From: Eledone cirrhosa
Lineage: Eukaryota
Length of the DNA stretch: 64,000 nucleotides
Direction of reading: 5' to 3'
NCBI GenBank assembly: GCA_964016885.1
Contig: OZ024750.1
Location: 52,018,001 to 52,082,000, forward strand
Translations under genes and position numbers: made by a program
Part shown: one piece after another, positions 17,098 through 29,870 of the stretch
Layout of the letters: each line of letters begins with the position of its first letter
Position numbering within the stretch: the stretch's first letter is position 1
Notes under the pieces: generated by a model
The model's database searches: none
What the model was told of the DNA's origin: nothing
What the model saw: the letters and a program-made list of their open reading frames with translations, nothing else

Positions 17098-17972
17098 CGA
17101 GGTGTGTCAGAAAAGTTCCAGGTCTGATGTCACAAAAGATATATTTCAAACCCAAAGTTCACACTAAGAGTTTTCTCCTTCAAAGTAATCCCCTGGAGTC
17201 TAATGCACTTTTCCATCCTTTTCTGCCACGCTTGCATGCACTCCTGAAAGGATTCTTCCGGTCTCCTCCGCAATTCCGTCGTCAAGGCCTTTTTGATGTC
17301 GTCCACGTCTTCAAAACGGGTTCCCTCCGGGTCGTACTCGAAGATCCATGACTCATCACCGGTCATGACTGTCCCTAGCAAGTCTGGTTCGGTTTCAAGA
17401 CGCTTGAGGATGTCCTGGCACACCTGCATGCGTCGACCCTTCTGGTCATCGTTCAGCAGTTTTGGCACCATCTTCGCGCAGACTTTCCGCATGTCCAAAT
17501 CTTCAGTAAGAATCTTCCAGACGCTGTCCCATTTTCATGCCCAGCTCATTTGCCATCAGTCGAATAGTCAGCCGACGATCTCTACACACCATCTGACTTC
17601 CGCTCCTGGGGTCATCTTCCACGTCCTCGCATCCTTCTTTAAACCTCTTGCACCACCCAAATCCACGTGAGCGTGACATCGTCTCATCTCCATACACTTG
17701 CTTCAGCAATCCCAGTGCTTCTGACGGAGTTTTCCCCAACCGTACCAGAAACTTCAAGTTTGTTCGTTGCTCTGTGCTCATTGCTTGACGACCTGAAACA
17801 AATGACATGTATATAAAATTATGAAGAAAAAAGTTTGATCGCTGCAGAGAGCTAAGATTACAGATACATACTCCAGGGGGATTACTTTGAAGGAGAAAAC
17901 TCTAAGTGTGAAGTTTGGGCTTGAAATAAATCTTTTGTGACATCAGTCCTGGAACTTTTCTGACACACCTCG
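17098..17972 (-). mobile_element. Internally deleted mariner (Tc1/mariner) with ~100-bp TIRs; duplicate at 52245-53120
   Basis: TIR CGAGGTGTGTCAGAAAAGTTCCAGG... at both ends, TA on the left; transposase remnants [45 protein letters not shown] fused to GTRFEDVDDIK. Confidence 0.92.
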
Positions 17973-18355
17973 TGTATATGTTCATACACAATAAACACAT
18001 GGGCTGTCTCACTGGGGAAGAAAAATATTTGTTCGTAACGAAGAAAGAGTATTTTTCTCTATTTTCCTCTGTGGATATATCACAGAGTTGCCAGTATATT
18101 TTGAGAATGTGACAGAAGCTATTGAGGCGTCAGATACTTTGCAGTGTTCATGCCAGTTCTTTCCGCTGTAAATTCGAATCTCACCGAGGCGAAATTTGCC
18201 GTTCATCATTTTTGGGTGGATATGAAGAACCAGGGAAATAGAAGCCCGCATTATTCATAAGTTTGACAAGGCTGAAACCTAGGGGACCCCATTGAGTGTA
18301 TGTGTCTGTCAAGTTAGTAGCTGTAGTGTGACGAAATACTGAAGTTGCTAGAGGG

Positions 18356-18945
18356 CATCACTTGTTACCCCTGCTATATAACACATCCCTTGTTTCCCCT
18401 GCTATATAACACATCACTTGTTACCCCTGCTATATAACACATCACTTGTTACCCCTGCTATATAACACATCCCTTGTTTCCCCTGCTATATAACACATCC
18501 CTTGTTTCCCCTGCTATATAACACATCACTTGTTACCCCTGCTATATAACACATCACTTGTTACCCCTGCTATATAACACATCCCTTGTTTCCCCTGCTA
18601 TATAACACATCCCTTGTTTCCCCTGCTATATAACACATCACTTGTTACCCCTGCTATATAACACATCCCTTGTTTCCCCTGCTATATAACACATCCCTTG
18701 TTTCCCCTGCTATATAACACATCACTTGTTACCCCTGCTATATAACACATCACTTGTTTCCCCTGCTATATAATACATCACTTGTTTCCCCTGCTATATA
18801 ACACATCACTTGTTTCCCCTGCTATATAACACATCCCTTGTTTCCCCTGCTATATATCACATCCCTTCTTTCCCCTGCTATATAACACATCCCTTGTTAG
18901 CCCTGCTATATAACCCATCCCTTGTTACCCCTGCTATACTATATA
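18356..18945. repeat. 28-bp minisatellite (~21 units; ~31 units in copy 2 at 53700-54585)
   Basis: Unit ACATC(A/C)CTTGTT(T/A)CCCCTGCTATATAAC, head to tail with no spacers. Confidence 0.95.
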
Positions 18946-19499
18946 TTGAGTCTTTGAGCAAAACATCTTTCCCCTGGCACCGATTCCCTCAACTGGTATA
19001 CCATGAGTTGTATTTGTAAGGAGTGACCTTATCGCAGTGTGTGACAAAGGGTGTAACACAATATGTTGCAGAGTGGGTAACACAGTGTGTGACAAAGTAT
19101 GTAACACAGTGAGACAAAGTTAACCCATTGAATTGTTGGTACAACTCATTTTTGTCAGCTGGACTGGAACCTTGCGAAATAAAGTAACTTGTTCAATGAC
19201 ACAACGTTCCACCGGGAATTGAACTCAAGACCTGTATGTATCCAATATAGCGGTTGTTGGTCCACCATAGACTACTTTCCTTATCTATATTACTCTGAAT
19301 CTGGATTTTCCAGGCAAAATATCCAAGCACGAATTTTTGCTGATAAGCATGCAGTTTTTCATGCATGGATTCACTGCGATACTGCTGAGCGACTTCCCTG
19401 GGTGTGAGTTTTTGATTATCACACAGAGAATATCTCTCGAGGAGCTCCTTTCAAGCTCTCATGATCCGATCTGTTTCATGCAGATAGATTTCCTCGAGT

Positions 19500-21484
19500 G
19501 ATGGGCTCCTGCACTTCGAGGTTCGTAGATGTTGTCAGAGGGATATGATGCGACATTCAAATGTTGTCTGGACTGATGTTAGGCCTCTCCCTTACGCTTA
19601 CGTTTCAAATAAAGGCGGTCTATGTCACTTGATGTGGAAGTTTCCGGTGTAGTTTAGTATTTTTCGAGTTCTAACATCAACTGCTCGGATTTCGTATATT
19701 GTCCAATTGAGTATTCCAAACGTTGGTGTTAGGACAGGCACGGCAAACACATTGTGAGCCACTGTTTTGTTTTGCGCAGAGAGTTCCGGGGACCATATCT
19801 TTCTTAATCGGGTGTAGTATTCCCTGATTACGCGTTCCTTATTACAGATACCATTATAGGATATGTTCTCATCTATCCCCAGGTAACTGTAGCAGTCCTC
19901 ATCAGATATCGGTGAAACAGTTAGGCCATTGATGACAATGTTGCTATATTGGGTTGTTATTTTTCCCCGCTTTACAGTCATATATGATCATTTATCTTGG
20001 CCAAACTCCATTCCTATATCCTTTGAGAACGTTGTAACCAGGTCAAGATTTTTCTTCGTCCCATCCATGTTCTTGGCATAGAATTTCAGGTCATCCACAG
20101 AGAAATTATGGGTTAGGTTCATATTTCTGTCCTCCTCTGAGCCAATGATGTATCCTTCACATTTCTTGAGCAGAAAGGAGGACAAGGGTTTTAATGACAA
20201 GATGAATAATATCACAGAGAAACTGTCTCCCTGAAATATACCCCTGCGATATTTTATTTTATCAATGAAAATAGAGTCCTCTCTCTCTCTGTCTTTAACT
20301 TTAGGATAGTAGCCCAAGAAGAAGACAACTTCTCTATGGCTCTGATAATAATTTCTGGGACTTTAGCAAGTTGGAGGGCCTCTATCATCCAAGAGTGGAG
20401 AACAGAATCGAAAGATTTCCTGTAGGCCAGCCAGACTGTAGCCATATTCCTTCTAAGTTGTCGCACCTCCGACATAGCAGTTTTGTTCATTAGGAGTTGT
20501 TCAGCACATCCCCAAACCCCTTTCAAACGCCATGCTTTCCAGCATAGTTACGTCCCTTTACGATCTGAGTTCAAATCCCGCCGAGGTTGACTTTGCCTTT
20601 CATCCTTACAGGGTCGATAAAATAAAGTACTAGTAATGCACTGGGTAATTGCTGGCCTTGTGCCTAAAGTAGAAACAATTATCGATAGTATTTTCCACAA
20701 TAGTCGAGGTAGACTCAGATAGTACACGTGGTGTCAAATTTCTTTGATTATTATTATTCCTTCGATTTTTATTATTATAGATAGTGTCTTCCGCAGCATT
20801 CGAGGTAGACTTAGATGGTACACGTGACGTAAAATTTCTTACAGGCATAGTTGTTTAAAGGCACTGTTCGACCTGGCTGCTAGGAACTCTAGTGGCATGG
20901 CGAGCTGTAGCACGTGTTGTTGATTCCATGTTTGTTGTGGAGGACTTTCAAATAATAATATTTATCTTATTTGTACGTTCAACAAACGTCGCTTGTTGGC
21001 GTAATTGTTTCGCTGTGAAATAGTTTAGCTCTGGGTGTATTTCGTCCCAGTGTAGCTTCATTCTGTTCATATAGCCAATGGAGGGGTTGTTTGTTTTTTT
21101 TGCCATTTCATAACAATTAAATAAATCATTATTAAGTTCGCAACTCCAGAGAAATGCGATTTATAATTTCGGTTTCTTCTGTAGCTACAACTGAATACAT
21201 TTTGTTTACCTTTCTCGTTTTTCTTCGGTATTCCACTGATATTGTTGTTGTTGAGGTTGTGTTCAGCCATGCTGTTTGTAGCAAATCCTTGAAAAATGAA
21301 CTATGTATTTAGTCGGATATCTCTACGAATTCGAATAAAAGGTGTTTTCAGTGGATATAGTTAGAAGAATAACCAGTTATTCAACATGACTGTAGTTGTG
21401 GCATTATTGTCGGAGATAGTATTCATCTTAAATTTAATAAATAGTCTCCCACGCCAAAATATGCGACTGATCGCGTTGACTGAC
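19500..21484 (-). mobile_element. Decayed R4/Dong-type LINE interrupted by a SINE; duplicate at ~55140-57129
   Basis: Fragments GYMNRMKLHWDEIHPE..KQLRQQA, KGVWGCAEQLL..SFDSVLHSW, RGIFQGDSFS..SVDDLKFYA, YSYLGIDE..FAVPVLTPTFG; 5' end abuts a (CATA)n-type tract. Confidence 0.8.
20527..20681 (+). mobile_element. SINE inside the LINE remnant; duplicate at 56171-56325
   Basis: Nearly identical to 22241-22396. Confidence 0.75.
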
Positions 21485-21816
21485 TATGTGTGTATATATG
21501 TATGTATGTGTGTATGTATTATGTGAGTATGTATGTGTGTATGTATGTATGTGTGTATGTGTGTATGTATGTATGTGTGTATGTGTGTATGTATGTATGT
21601 GTGTGTATATGTATGTGTGTGTATATGTATGTCTGTATGTATGTGTGTATGTATATATGTATGTGTGTATGTATGTATGTATGTATGTATATGTGTATGT
21701 ATGTGTGTATGTATGTATGTGTGTATGTATGTGTCTATGTATGTGTGTATGTATATATGTATGTATGGATGGGTTGATGGATGGATAAATAAACAGATAG
21801 ATGCAATATATATGTA

Positions 21817-21913
<97 letters not shown>

Positions 21914-21945
21914 AAATGTGAGTGTGTATGAATGTATGTGTGTGG
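21485..21945. repeat. (TATG)n/(TG)n compound microsatellite
   Basis: Read directly. Confidence 0.95.
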
Positions 21946-22217
21946 GGGGGGGAGGTATTAGAAATTTGTGAATATGTTCTCCAAAATGTAGCGAACTATA
22001 AATTATACTTGATAACTAAGTGAGATGAAATATCGTTAGAGAAGGGAAAAAGTGAAGATTTACATCCTATATATATGAAGGTCTTGATGAAACAAGAACT
22101 TCGGTGGTACTGGGAAGTAACCAAACACCATTGATAACAATAATTATTTTGACACTAAACATTCTATATCAGTCCCTTATGTACTGCATTATCATCATTG
22201 TTACCAGAACTGTGGAT

Positions 22218-22396
22218 TGGCAGTATCGGTAGAGGGGCGGACGCCATGCTTTCCAGCATAATTACGTCCCTTTACGATCTGAGTTCAAATCCCGCCGAGG
22301 TTGACTTTGCCTTTCATCCTTACGGGGTCGATAAAATAAAGTACCAGTAATGCACTGAGTAATTGCTGGCCTTGTGCCTAAAGTAGAAACAATTAT
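22218..22396 (+). mobile_element. Near-complete tRNA-derived SINE; duplicate at ~57832-58010
   Basis: A-box-like TGGCAGTATCGG, B-box-like GAGTTCAAATCC, central domain, ATTATTA tail. Confidence 0.75.
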
Positions 22397-22821
22397 TACC
22401 AGAACCATCGTTTTAAGCCTTCCATGCTGGAATGGGTTGGACTGGATTTTACGGTCCGAGGGTATACATGTTGGAAAATAAACGTCATCTTGCTATGTTC
22501 CATATTTGGTATGGTTTCTACATTTAGATACTCTTACTAGCACCAGCCCCTCTTATAAGGTATACTGAGTGCATTTTATTGTGGCAGCTACACTACTATT
22601 TCATAGGTTGTACCAGATATATTTTATCGTGACACCAGGATTGCCACTTTACAGAATGTACTGGGTATATATATATTAAAATAACAGATTAAAGCTTAAG
22701 TAAAGAATCGCTGCTTTCACTCTTAACGGGATCTTCTGATATATCTTTTGATATATATATTATCCTTAACGAGCCCTCTTCGGATTTTAGTCTTAACATT
22801 TATTACTATTATTATTATTAT

Positions 22822-25005
22822 TTGCATTTATCTTGCTTTATGTTTATACGAGTTATCACCAAGTCACAACCAGTGACCTCAAGAGACAACAAGGTCCGCC
22901 ATGTTCAAGAAAGAACACACATATTCACACATGCATCCTTAGTGTTTAGACTTGTGATGTACTTATATTGACAGGATCTTCCTTAGTATATGGGCAGTTC
23001 CCATTAGTACTATCTTTTGTATTTCTCCTATACGCGGGTTTCCTGGGATTTGCGATAAGTAGTCGTTAGACCCCTTAGGTATCATTCCCAGAGCGCCTAC
23101 AACCACTGGTATTGTTTTAGTTCTCAATTTCCACATTTTTCCAATTTCTATCTCCAGGTCCTTATACTTGCTCAATTTTTCAAATGTTTTTATAGATACA
23201 TTCTTGTCTATTGGAACAGACATATCAATTAGCAGGCATACCCTCCTTTGAAAGTCCTTCAATATTATATCAGGTCTATTTGCATCTATTTTTCGGTCTG
23301 TTTGGATGCTAAAGTTCCACAAGATTGAGATGTGATCTTTTTCAAGTATGGGAGGTGGTTGATGCTCCCACCAATTCTTTTGATGGGGCAGGTCAAAATG
23401 CTTGCACATTATCCAATGTATGTATTGTGCAGCTCTGTCATGCCTGTTTAGGTATTCGGTTGGAGCTATAGGACTGCACATTGAAATTATATGGTCAATG
23501 GTCTCTGGTTGTTTTTTGCATACACGGCATAATGGGCTGCACCCATTTTTTATTATGTTGGCTTGGTAATTTTTTGTTGGCAGACACTGATCTTGTGCGG
23601 ATATAATCAGTCCTTCAGTCTCCGATTTCAGTCCAGAGGATGCCAACCACTGATGGGTTAAAGTTTTGTCAACATCAGGATTGTTAGCTCGCTCTGGGTA
23701 TTTTCCATACAGAGGCTTTTCTTGCCATTTCTTAGCCAGTTTCTGTAGCAGTTCTTTCTTTGCAGTTACTTTTACCTGCTTTGCTTTTTCTGTGTTTTCC
23801 ATTTCAGCAGTAAATGGGACTTCTGAAATTTGTAGTCCATTACTGTATCTTTGTGCATCTTTTGTAATGGAATATGATCTTTTGGTGCTTTCGTGTTTCA
23901 AAACGAGTTTGATCATCCAATCATGTGATTCCCTTAGATATGTGGATAATCCAATTGTTGCAGTTTTCAACGCAATGTCTAACTGGATTAACCCACGTCC
24001 TCCTTCTTTCCTAGGGAGATATATTCTATCTATGTCTGCCTTAGGGTGATGCATTCTGTGCATGGTTAAGAATTTTCGGATTTTTGTATCGAGCCTACGG
24101 ATCTCTGTGCTTGACCAGTTGATGACATTGTAACTGTAGGTTACTACTGGTATGGTAAGCGTGTTTATGGCATCGATCCTATTCCTTGCATTCAATTCCG
24201 TTCTTAAGATTGCTCTGACTCTGCGGTAACATTCCTTCCTTATCCTTTCCCTCATTGTCGAGTGCTTGATTCCGTCTCCTTCACAAACACCTAGATATTT
24301 GTAAGTTTGTTCTTGATCAAGCTCTCTTATCACGTTCCCCCGATCAAGATTAATGTCTGAACTCTTCAGCAGCTTTCCTCTGGTGAACGTTGCTTTGGCG
24401 CATTTATCCAGTCCAAACTCCATTTTAATGTCATCACTGAACTGCTTCACAGTGGATAATAGCCCTTGCAATTGTTCATCATTTTTTGCAAATAGTTTCA
24501 GGTCATCCATGTAGAACAGGTGATTAATGGTTTTGTCATAGACTCTATATCCATGTTTTGTTTCATTGAGCATTTTACTTAATGGTATAAGTGCGATGCA
24601 GAATAAAAGCGGTGATAAAGAGTCACCCTGAAAAATTCCACAATTAATGTTAACTTCTCCAGCTTCCAGTGATTTTGTTTCACTATTCAAAAGGAGTGTC
24701 GTTCTCCATGTCCTCATACTAAATGACAGAAACCTCCTGATAACGGGGGATATTTTGAAAATCTCTAAACATTTTTCAATCCAACTGTGTGGCAAACTAT
24801 CAAATGCTTTTTTATAATCTATCCAAGCAATCGATAGATTTTTGTGTCTATTATGACAATCTTCCAGTATCATTTTGTTAACCAGAAGCTGATCTTTACA
24901 GCCATATGAGCCTCGTTTACACCCTTTCTGCTCAATGGGAAATAGGTCATTTGTTATCAGGTGGTCATATGTGTATTCAGTTAGGACTGATGTTAAAATT
25001 TTATA

Positions 25006-25006
<1 letters not shown>
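22822..25006 (-). mobile_element. Young 5'-truncated R4/Dong-type LINE (RT + CCHC + restriction-like endonuclease) in (TAA)n
   Basis: Uninterrupted frame: QKGCKRG, IDYKKAFDS, GIFQGDSLSP, FYMDDLKL, CRVC..ETIDHIISMC, RHD, NRPDII, LIDMSVP, KLSKY; (ATT)n on both sides; absent from duplicate copy 2. Confidence 0.93.
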
Positions 25007-25057
<51 letters not shown>

Positions 25058-25367
25058 GAGAATAGACTAAAAACTATTTCAGTCTTATTACACCTTAAGT
25101 AGCTCAAATACTATACAGGCTCTATTAAATACTATACAGGCTTTATTAAAAGTAAACATTGCAAGCAAAAAATGAATTTTAAATTAAAAATATAATTTCA
25201 CCTACAAAGTCATGCTTATACAGCGGTTTCATTCTCGGAAAGAAATGGATATTAATTAAGATAATTAATTAATAAATTAAGAAACCGAAAACTTATCAGT
25301 AAGCAATGTCTTAAACATACCTTATGGCTTTTAGAAGAAAATTCAAGTGAAATACCTTGTGTTGTTA

Positions 25368-26036
25368 CTTGTGTTTGTGTGTGTATGTGTGTGTTTGTGT
25401 GTGTATCTGTGTGTATGTGTGTATTTGTGTGTGTACGTGTGTGTTTTGTGTGTGTGTATGTGTGTGTGTTTGTATGTGTGTGTATGTGTATGTGTGTGTA
25501 TGTGTATCTGTGTGTGTATGGTTTATGTATGTGTGTGTTTGTGTGTGAGTGTTTGTGTATGTGTGTTTGTGTGTTTGTGTGTGTGTTTGTGCGTGTTTGT
25601 GTGTGTGTATGTATGTGTTTGTGTGTTTGTGCATGTATGTGTGTGTGTTTGTGTGTGTATGAGCGTTTGTGTGTGTGTAAGTGTGTGTTTGTGTATGTGT
25701 GCATATGTGTGTGTAAGTGTATGCGTGTGCGTTTGTGTGTATGTGTGCATGTGTGTGTTTGTGTATGTGTGCATGTGTTTGTGTATCTGAGTATGAGTAT
25801 ATGTATGTGTGTGTGTGTATGTGTTTGTGTGTATATGTGTGCATGTATGGGTATGTATGTGCGTGTATGTTTGTGTATATGTGTATATCTATGTGTGTAT
25901 ATATGTGTATGTGTGTTTGTGTGTGTTTGTGTATGTGTGTGTATACATGTGTATATGTGTGTATATGTGTATGTGTGTGTATGTGTATATGTGTGTTTGT
26001 GTAAGTGTGTATATGTGTGTGTGTGTGTATGTGTGA
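25368..26036. repeat. Degenerate (TG)n-rich microsatellite; duplicate at ~58803-59465
   Basis: Read directly. Confidence 0.95.
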
Positions 26037-26207
26037 GTACATAATGCTTAACGTTTCCTATTTGCTGCCAAATTGTTCGATAAAGACCAGGTGGACGCAA
26101 TACTTCCGAACTTTTCAATTCTCAAATCAGCTTAAAACCAATGGAGACACTTGAATCCTTCGTTCTGTGTGTTTAACACAGAAACCCATAAAACAAGTGT
26201 TTAGTTA

Positions 26208-26909
26208 TATATAATATGTTATATAATGTGGAAGTTATACAATGTAAAATGGACGACCAGATGAAGGTAAAGAAATATTTAGTAACCTGGTAATATTTAT
26301 TGCTGTTGTTTCTTTTTGCGAATATTTCTAATTGTTACGGTTTCTTCTCCAAAGAGAAGAAACCGGAACAGTTTTCTCTGAGTTCCTTATACTCTGATAA
26401 AGTTCCTTATACTCTGATAAAGTCCCTTAGACTCTGATAAAGTTCCTTATACTCTGATATAGTTCCTTAGACTCTGATAAACTTCCTTATACTCTGATAA
26501 AGTTCCGTATACACTTATGAAGTTCCTTACACTCTGCTAAAGTTCCTTATACTCTGATAAAGTTCCTTATACTCTTATGAAGTTCCTTATACTATGATAA
26601 AGTTCCTGATGCATTGATAAAGTTTCTTATACTCTTTTAAAGTTCCTTATACTCTGATAAAGTTCCTTATACTCTTATAAAGTTCCTTATACTCTTATAA
26701 ACTTCCTGATACGCTGATAAAGTTCCTGATACGCTGATAAAGTTCCTTATACTCTTATAAAGTTCCTTATACTCTGATAAAGTTCCTTATACTCTGAAGA
26801 AGGGAATTTTAAGCATCAAAGATTACCAGGTAACTAAATATTTCTTTACCTTCATCTTAACGTCCATTTTACATTGTATAACTTTCCACATTATATAACA
26901 TATTATATA
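26208..26909. repeat. Fold-back element: ~87-bp inverted arms around a 20-bp minisatellite; duplicate at ~59637-60338
   Basis: 26208-26294 is approximately the reverse complement of 26822-26909; about 21 AAGTTCCTTATACTCTGATA units at 26376-26797. Confidence 0.88.
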
Positions 26910-26980
26910 CAATACTTCAAGCAAACAACATTTTATTAAATATATATAATGTGTGCCTTTTGTTTTTCTTTTTGCTGCAG

Positions 26981-27162
26981 CAATTTACACTGACGAACAG
27001 GTGGAGAAAATGACCAAACTTCGATTCATCCATGACTATCAAGCCGATGGGGATAATTGGACTGTTTCTATTTTAGCCAAGGGGATATCAGAACCTATTG
27101 TCTACAACTTCAAATTCGGAGAATCATTTAAAACCAAGGACTTACTGGGGAATCCTTGCGAT
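26981..27162 (+). CDS. FABP: FABP/iLBP family protein, copy 1, exon 2
   Basis: Polypyrimidine tract + CAG acceptor; (A)IYTDEQVEKMTKL...DGDNWTV...YNFKFGESFKTKDLLGNPCD with the FKLGEEF-like signature; 182 nt, phase 1 to 0; donor GTAAAT. Confidence 0.88.
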
Positions 27163-27224
27163 GTAAATATTTCCTTGATTCTTAAAACCTTTTCATAAAA
27201 GCAATAGCATTGTTTGTTTTTTAA

Positions 27225-27445
27225 GGGCAGTGATTTGTCAGTATCGGTAAAGTGTCAGACAACATGCTTTGTGGTATATAGTGACGGCCCTTTACGTTCT
27301 GAGTTCAAATCCCACCGAGGTTAGATTTGCCTGTCATCCTTACGGGGTCGGGGTCGATAAAATAATATACCAGTAATGAATTGGAATGGATTTAATCGAC
27401 TTTCCCCTCCCCCAATATTGTTGGTCTTGTGCCTCAATCAGAAAC
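27225..27445 (+). mobile_element. SINE in FABP intron 2; duplicate at ~60654-60874
   Basis: TTCTGAGTTCAAATCCCACCGAGG...CATCCTTACGGGGTCG...ATAAAATAATATACCAG. Confidence 0.7.
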
Positions 27446-27627
27446 CCTTGGTTTTTTAAAATACCTTATCTTGTGGAATCCCTGAATTTTAGTATTTTTC
27501 CAGAAACCCATAGGCCTAGATATAATTTAATTCTGTTTTAGTATGTGGTACACATACATACATACATACATACATACATACATACATACATACATACATA
27601 CATACATACATACATACATACATACAT

Positions 27628-28881
27628 AGCTGTGCCAATTCTAACGCCAACATTTGGCCTGCTGAACTGGTCATTGCAAGAACTAAGTGAGATGGATGTT
27701 AGAACTCGCAAACCTTTGTGTTACTGGGAACTTTAACATCAATGGTGATGTGGATAGGCTATACTTCTCACGCAAGGAAGGTGGCCGGGGTCTAAAATCC
27801 ATATTAACATCATATGAGACCCGGATAGTAACACTGAAGCAACACCTTAAACAGAGGAAAAAGGTTGGCAACCATCTTGCCCAGGTTTATGAGCATGAAA
27901 AAAAAATATCATTAGAATAGCCACTGATCTGGAGGAGAGATATGGAATAAAGCCTGATATAAATCTCTCACCCAGAGAAATCGGAAGATAGTATTCAATG
28001 TTCAAACAAGATGAAAAAATTGACCAATTTACAGAAAAAGTTGTGCATGGATGCTTGACACGTAAAACACAGACCATAGAGAGCATAAACCAATCAAAAA
28101 GCCTGGCATGGAGTTCCGACACGTTTATGACATCACACCTTGAGGGATATCTATATGCAATACAGGAACAAGAACTCCCTACCAAATATCTGCCCACAAA
28201 AGGGGAGGGCTATCAGCTGACAATAAATGTAGGCTATGTAAAACAAAGATCGAGGATGTAAGCCACATTGTTGCCAGCTGCGAAAGAATGTCATCTCGCT
28301 ACTACCTCCCCATGAGACACGATGGGATAGCTAGAACCATCTGGAACGCACTTCGGAAAACAAAATTAACAACAAACGAGGAAGAATATATTGAGACAGA
28401 TGGCACTAAGGAATACTGGTGGAACCTGAAAATAAAAACTGCCACCAAATTAAAGCACAACCGGCCTGATATTGTTGTTTAGGACTACACATTGAAAACG
28501 TGTTCTGTTGAGGAGATCAGCTGCCCACTTGATGTAAACGTTGTCAGAAAAATACAGGAGAAGGAGAACATCTACGGACCATTGATGAGGAGTTTGCAAA
28601 TCCAGTATCCAAGATACACCTTTAGCTTCATACCCATCATTATTGGAGCTACGGGTTATATACCAACCCGCTTGGACCAAAGTATGACTGAACTTGGATT
28701 TGCGGACAAAGAGCGCAGCTCCCTAATTCATAGTCTACAAGTGGCTGGGTTAGTTGGCACCTTCAAAATTTGCAAAACAATCTTGCGATTCAAGGGATGA
28801 CAATTTCTTTTCTTTTACAACCTTGCCACCAGGAAGGTGGCCGGTCAAAAACATATACTCGAAATTAAGAGAAAGAGATAA
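27628..28881 (+). mobile_element. 5'-truncated R4/Dong-type LINE 3' end in (TACA)n; duplicate at 61065-62320
   Basis: AVPILTPTFG, DVDRLY..RKEGGRGL, EGYLYAIQEQ, YLPMRHD, HNRPDIVV, EISCP, KENIY; frameshifts; (TACA)n at 27553-27627 and 28882-28967. Confidence 0.85.
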
Positions 28882-28911
28882 CGTACATACATACATACAT
28901 ACATACATACA

Positions 28912-28945
<34 letters not shown>

Positions 28946-29251
28946 CATACATACATACATACATACATTGTAGAGCTAACCAAAGTGCCACACATTGTAG
29001 AGGGGGTGAATACCCATGTGCCGCCAGCTTCCATATGTAAATATCCGTCGATAAGCAAGAGCTAGATTACCGTTAACTATTTTAATCGCATGCTTTACAT
29101 TTTTATATCAGAAAGCCTCTACCTAAACTTTTCCAATAAAAGGGGACAAGTCAACAGGAGTTTGATTTTAGATTTTCTCCCTTTTCCAAGAGGTTTAACT
29201 ATGTGACCAGACACAAAGTCTATTATAATCTCTCTCTGCCTTTATTTTCAG

Positions 29252-29359
29252 TGTGTGGCAACGAAACTTGCTGACAACAAAGTGGAAGATGTATGTACCT
29301 TCCAAACAAAAGAGGTTAAAACAATAAAGGTTGTGGAAAGCAATGGTACCATGACAGGG
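29252..29359 (+). CDS. FABP: FABP/iLBP family protein, copy 1, exon 3
   Basis: TTTTCAG acceptor; CVATKLADNKVEDVCTFQTKEVKTIKVVESNGTMTG; 108 nt, phase 0/0; GC donor GCAAGT. Confidence 0.8.
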
Positions 29360-29514
29360 GCAAGTATTATTTTCAGGCACTATTTTCTCTCTTTTCTAGT
29401 TGAAAGTAGGATTAGTATACCATATATATCAGGATTACTAGATATATGTACAATCATACAAACTAGAAAATTTGCGTCTTGATCATTTATGTATGTATAC
29501 TTTGACAGAAAGAA

Positions 29515-29870
29515 TGTAGTTATATCTGCTCAACTCTCTGACAACAAGAGTAGTCCTGCATTCTGGAAGTGTTCGTATGTTCCACGTCGCAACATTCATT
29601 GCAATTCTATTCTTTTGAAAACTACTATTCTTCTTGTTTTGCTTCGATTTGTTTCTGCTGGTATGAACAGCTGTCAGCCGCATGTAGCTGACCAGCTTTA
29701 TGGTGAAACAGACAATGTTTGGGTCACCTTTTCTAAACCTCTAAACCTGGGTGAGCAGTGTTCTCCTTGGAAATGGTTACTCAGTCACAAAAGACTCCAC
29801 CCAAGCCAGTTCCTATTCCGAAAACTGACAACGACGTTAGATAAACCTTACGCTGTCTGTGTGTAGATTA
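29515..29870 (-). mobile_element. RTE/BovB-like LINE 5' remnant (start of AP endonuclease); duplicate at ~62992-63347
   Basis: MNVATWNIRTL..PECRTTLVVRELSRYN resembles the N-terminus of RTE endonucleases. Confidence 0.6.

Noticed and set aside
18356-18945. 28-bp repeats as a CRISPR array (likewise 26376-26797 and 53700-54585)
   Set aside because: Units are head to tail with no unique spacers, there are no cas genes, and the context is eukaryotic
22218-22295. tRNA gene
   Set aside because: A- and B-box-like motifs are present but no cloverleaf, and the sequence continues into a multi-copy SINE body
25007-25107. N-terminus MSYLRC...IIIIII of the 714-aa ORF as a real start or signal peptide
   Set aside because: It is flanking DNA plus the (ATA)n target read in frame; the same text occurs at the empty site (58337-58540)
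29364-29369. GT donor 4 nt downstream of the GC donor
   Set aside because: Poor consensus (GTATTA), and it would put exon 4 out of frame
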